From the NCBI GenBank assembly GCA_963968165.1, contig CAXAFE010000011.1:4384-68383 (forward strand): 64,000 nucleotides of DNA, read 5' to 3'. The translations under genes and the position numbers were made by a program. The notes under the pieces were generated by a model. The model did no database searches. It was given only the letters and a program-made list of their open reading frames with translations, and was not told the origin of the DNA. Of the stretch, positions 46,701-52,700 are shown piece by piece; position 1 is the stretch's first letter; the number at the start of each line of letters is the position of its first letter. The stretch comes from an uncultured Candidatus Poseidoniales archaeon (lineage in GTDB: Archaea > Thermoplasmatota > Poseidoniia > Poseidoniales > Thalassarchaeaceae).

Positions 46701-49700
46701 CTTGGTCAGATGAAGAGGAGATAGCATGCGGCTATTTGCCTTGGAGTAGTTTATCGACTCCTGCAGATTATGATGGAGATGGAATATGCGATGCATTGGA
46801 TATGGACTTAGATGGCAATGGATGGAATAATACATATCAGAAACAATGCTATGGAGAAGAGATTGATTTATGGAAAAATACAGAAATTTGGGGAAATACA
46901 GCAAGTGCCAATGTACCCTATTCTACTTATGATGGTGCTGGTTACGGAGGTTATGACTTCCTTATTTCCGATTATGGAATAAAGTCATATGCCACGTATA
47001 GTAATTTTTATTTAAGCCAAGGTTTAATCAGGCATGATGAGTCTGTATCTATTCAATACACCAACTACGTTTATTATGCATACGATTATTTTGAAGTTTT
47101 AGAACAAAATGGAATTATTTATGTGAATAATGAAGAACAAATAATTAGATTTCAAGATATAAATAATACAGGTACAGGAACTACTGTATCATCCTCGTTG
47201 GGTCAAGGCCCAATGGGAAGTGATATGGCCATTAGTAAAGATGGAGATATGGTTGTAAGTTATAATCAAGCAGAAAATAAGATAGTTGGGAATTATCTAA
47301 ATGGGACAGTTTTTAGTTTTAATTTACCCAGTAACCTTGGTGCAGGAGGACAAATAGCTTTCGGCCCTAATGGCAGACTCCACCTTATTGAGGTTGATTT
47401 GAATGCAAGAGATTCAGATTTACCCATTGGATTCTATCATTATTTCGCTGATTTAAATAATTCACTATCTGGTTATTCATCTATGGATTGGAGTACAGGG
47501 CAATTAGTACTTGAAAGAAATCAGAGTACTACTTCTTATTCCGCAAATACTCAATCGGATGCAGATAGTTATCATGCTGATTTACATGTAACCGATGCAG
47601 GTAATATTTACGCTGCTATGTATAATAATACTGATTTATGGAGTGCTTCCTATGCAGGGTCTACATGGACTAATCAAAAAATTGCTGAAGATACAGGAAA
47701 TAATGAAGGAATAATAATATCTTCTGATTCCTCAGGGACCCCTCATATTGGTTGGATTAATCACACATCTGATAAGTTAATTATCTCAATATTTGATAGT
47801 TCTGAATGGATAGATGTCGAAATTTGGGAAAGTGATGGATGGGCCCCTGGGTTAAGACGTTCTAAATTATCATTGAGATTTGATAGTAATGACGATTTAT
47901 TTTTGATGTCGTATAATGCTAATTCAACAAATAGTGCCCTGATTCATCATAAAGTTCCATTGATTAATCCCGCATATTCATACAACCCCGTAGATCATGA
48001 TACTGATGGAATATGCGATAGTTTACAATATTCCATTATAGATTATGGAAGTACGACTTTTCAATTAATAGAAGGGAACGAGGTTACCATTAATCCAACT
48101 TTTAGAGGTCTAGAAATTGTTGAAGTGTATTCAACAAATCTTCCCTCAGGATTATCTTTGAATTCCACAACAGGCATCATAACGGGTTCTCCAACTGATA
48201 CCGACTTAATTGGAACATCTGTAACAGTCTATTCCAATAGTAGTAATTCTTCTTACACACACACCATAACGATATATGTAATCTCAAAAACTCCGACGAT
48301 AGCAGGAGTATCAACCCCTATACAAGTTAATGTTAATTATGAAAGAACCCAACACGAATATGATTCAGAAGGTAATCTATATTATTATGGAAGATATTCC
48401 TCGACTACTATTCCTGGTGAATTTACACCAGATGGGATATCCATATCAGGACTAACTAATGATGATGCTTATGTTGCTAAGAGGTTTAGTAATGGGACTT
48501 GGGCTTGGTTTTTCCCAATAAATGGTACCTCCACATTATATACAGGTAATTTAGCTGTAGATGATTTAGGAAATTCATATATCGTTGGAAATAGAGATTC
48601 TGGAGTGATAGATTTACCGGGCACTGTTTGGGATTTACCATCTGGAAAAGCGCCATTTATTATCTCAATAGATAATACTGGATCAATAAGGTGGGCAAAG
48701 GATATGGAAAGTACGGGCTCCATAAATTGGAAATTTGGAGTAAGGTATCAATTTGTAAGAGATTATGGGCATAGCGAGTTACATATTGATAATGCAACAG
48801 GAGAATTGACTTTTTCAGGAAGCATCAGTTCCACAGGTGTGACCCAGGAAGAAAGGACAGCAACATTTGGAAATTTGACATTGGAAATTGGAACTTCGTA
48901 TACTAGTTACTACAGGCCATTTGTGTTTAAAATGGATTCTTTAGGGGAATTTATTTGGGTACAAAGCATTACACCCAGTTATGCCCAACATTCTCCTCTT
49001 CAAGGGATGGCAGTACAGGAAAACGGGACAGTTAGTTTACTCTGGAAGTCATATTCCAGCTCTGTTGCGGGATCCATCACTGTTGGTGAAAATGGAGTTT
49101 GGCAGTTTATTTTAGCCAATATTAATTCAACAGGACATTGGACAAACAGTAAATCGATTTTAGAAGAAACCGACCATAACCGTATTGCCTCAACAGAGGT
49201 AGGTGCAAAAATGGAAAGTGTCAAGAACGGCGATATTGTAATTGCAATGTGGTCTTTGGATGATACTAGTAAAATAAGAATATCTGATAGCATTTATTGG
49301 TTCAATGAAACATGTGTAGATAGTTTAGCAATACTTAGATTAGATGGTACAGACTGGCAAGTAGAAAATAGTTTAGAAATATGTTTGGCTGGAAACGGAG
49401 GCAGCGGCGCCAGTAAAACTGATAAAATGGAAGTAGATTCACAGGATAGGATTTGGCTTTTTATAGGATCAACTTCTTTAAGTAACCATAATAGAATCAT
49501 TAGATTAGATTCAATACTTAATACCGATTTTGAAGAATATTTCACTTATGCTAATAATAGAGGTAATTCTTTCTATATCTATTGGCAAGATGTGACTTTT
49601 GATAATGATGATAATGTCTTTTTAACAATATATAATAATGCTTATTCTTCTTTGTGGTGGGATGAGTCCAGTATTCCTTATACTTACAATATTTATTATA

Positions 49701-52700
49701 GAAATTTATTCCTTATGGATAAAGTTCGACATACAATTGATGGGAAAAATCCAGTATTTGGTGAGCAGATTAACTATGGAATCAATGGACTCAGTGCTAT
49801 GGGAGGAAGTGATTATGATCAGATTGATAGTTATGCAATTTCACCCGATCTACCTGATGGTTTAGAATTTAATATTGGAACTGGAGTGATATCGGGCACC
49901 GCCATAACAAATTCTTCATTAGCTAATTATACAATATGGGTTAATGATACATTACTAGGAAATCAGGTCTTAAATATCGCTTTTGAAGTGCTCAATGGGA
50001 AACCCAATGTTACTTATGAGCAAACAGAATTCATATTCGAACGGGGGGCGATAATAGCGCCTATTGTCCCGACAGAGATCAATGGAACTATAGTTTCGTG
50101 GAATGTAGTACCCGCACTCCCGTTTGGATTGAGTATGGGAGAAAGTAATGGTACTATTTGGGGCATACCAACAGTTAACTTAACTTCTACAATATTTAAC
50201 TTGCAAGTAAGTAGTGATGGGGCTACTAGAAATATATATTTTAATTTCACAATTAATGAGCCCTTGGCTACAATAACATATGGAAATGGCTCGTATATTG
50301 TTGGAAGAGATTCACTAGTAAGCATATTCCCCGCATTAGGAGGAGGGGAAATTGCGAGTTTTGGAATTACACCAACATCATTACCAATGGGGCTTGAATT
50401 TAATCCTGCGACAGGAAGTATTACTGGAACTCCACTTTTGGTTGTTGGTGCAGTTAATTATACAGTTTTTGCTAACAATTCAGGAGGTTCTGTAAATACT
50501 AGTCTCATACTAACAGTTACAGGTAGTGGGATTAGTCTAGTATTTCCTACCTCATCAATAGAATTGGTCAACGGAAGTGAAATGCAACCCATTGCAGGTC
50601 AAACATCGGGTTCTGCACCAAATTATTGGGAAATATCGCCAGAATTACAGGATGGACTAGAATTTGGAATTTTCAATGGAACGATTTGGGGCACTCCATC
50701 TGAGGTAATGAATTCAACCACTTACATCATCTGGGCAAATACTACAGGAGGAGAGACTGCTAATGCAGAATTAACAATCTCCGTACTCATAGATACGGAT
50801 GGAGATGGCACTCCCGACACCATAGATATTGATGATGATAACGATGGTTGGAGCGATATTGATGAAAATAATTGTGGAAATAATCCATTAGATAATACTA
50901 ATTATCCAAGTGATTCAGATGCTGATGGGATTTGTGATTCTTTAGATACCAATAATGATGCTGATATAATAATATTATATCCAACAAATGAATTATATAT
51001 TACAGTTAACCAAAGTTTCACACCACTTGTGCCATTTACTTCTGGAGGAGATATTACAGGTTGGGAAGTCAGCCCTAACCTGCCATTTAATATAGAATTA
51101 AATAGTTCAACAGGCGTTGTCTCAGGGATGGCTACGACCATATTTAATGCCACTACATATACCATATGGGCAAATAATTCAGCGTATTCTGGATTGTTTA
51201 ACCTTTCAATAATTTCATCACTTTTGGATACTGATGGAGATGGTAGCCCAGATGAAACAGATTTGGATGATGACGGAGATGGTTGGACTGATACAGATGA
51301 AATCACATGCCTTACTAATCCACTGGACTTAGAAGATCTCCCGGTTGATAGTGATGGAGATGGAATTTGTGACGGGGCTGATCCAGTTAATGATTCAGAA
51401 ATATTCTTCAGTTATCCATATACTGTATTAGTAATTACCGTTAATAGCTCGGTATCACTAAATCCGTATGTTACTGGAGGAGACGTCATAACGTGGGAAA
51501 TATACCCTCAATTACCTGAAAATTTGATTTTTAATTCTGATAATGGACTAATTAATGGAGAAGCCATATCTGAGTTCCTCCCTACAAATTTTACAATATG
51601 GGCTAATAATTCTCAATATTCATCTATGTTCATAATAGAACTTGCTTCATTATTGTTAGATACTGATGAAGATGGAGTTCCAGATGAAACAGATATAGAT
51701 GATGATGGAGATGGTTGGACTGATAGTCAAGAAATAAATTGTTCGAGCGACCCATTGATAGCGTCAAGTATTCCACCAGATAGTGATGAGGATAATGTAT
51801 GTGATAATTTAGATGACGTAAATGATGCACAAATATATTTGACATATTCTAGCCTTTCTCAGAATTTATTTGTAAATGAACCAATGGACTACTTAGTAGC
51901 AACTGTTTATGGAGGAGATGTAAGAGAGTGGGAAATTAGCCCTGAATTACCTTTAGGACTCAATTTGGACAATGGAGTTGCATATAGATCTCTTTCCATG
52001 GTAGGAACAGGATTAATATCGGGTTCGCCGATGTATGAATTTCCATTAACTATTTTTACAGTTTGGGCTAATAACTCACAACATAGCGATTCTATAGCGA
52101 TTGCTTTAAAATCTTCAATTCCTGATTTGGATGATTCATATTTTGATTTACTTTACCTTGAAGATAATATTAATTTAACTATAGAATTTGATGAGTTATA
52201 CCTTGAGCCAGAAATATTTGGCGGTAATGTAACAAATTGGAGCATTATTCCTCAAATTCCAGAAGGATTGATATTTAATTTCGATAATGGAGTAATTTCT
52301 GGACAACCATTAATTTCATTTAATGAAACGATATTTTCAATATCAGCTAGTAATTCTATTCATATTGATATTTTTAATCTAACACTATCTGCTCAATATC
52401 TTGATTCAGATTTAGATGGAATTCCTGATATAATAGATGAAGATGATGATGGAGATGGTTGGAATGATACTATGGAAATAGATTGTGAAACTGAACCACT
52501 AGAATTTTATCTCTCCCCTGGTGACACAGATGGAGATGGAATGTGTAATCTATTAGACACATTAGATGATTCTCCAATCCTTTTCTTTTACCCTAATGAT
52601 AAGATAATTGGCATTGTTGGTGAAGAAATTCAATCGATTGTTCCAAGAATAGCACCGTCAGGAGGAGATATTCTTGAATATAGTGTATCTACACCATTAC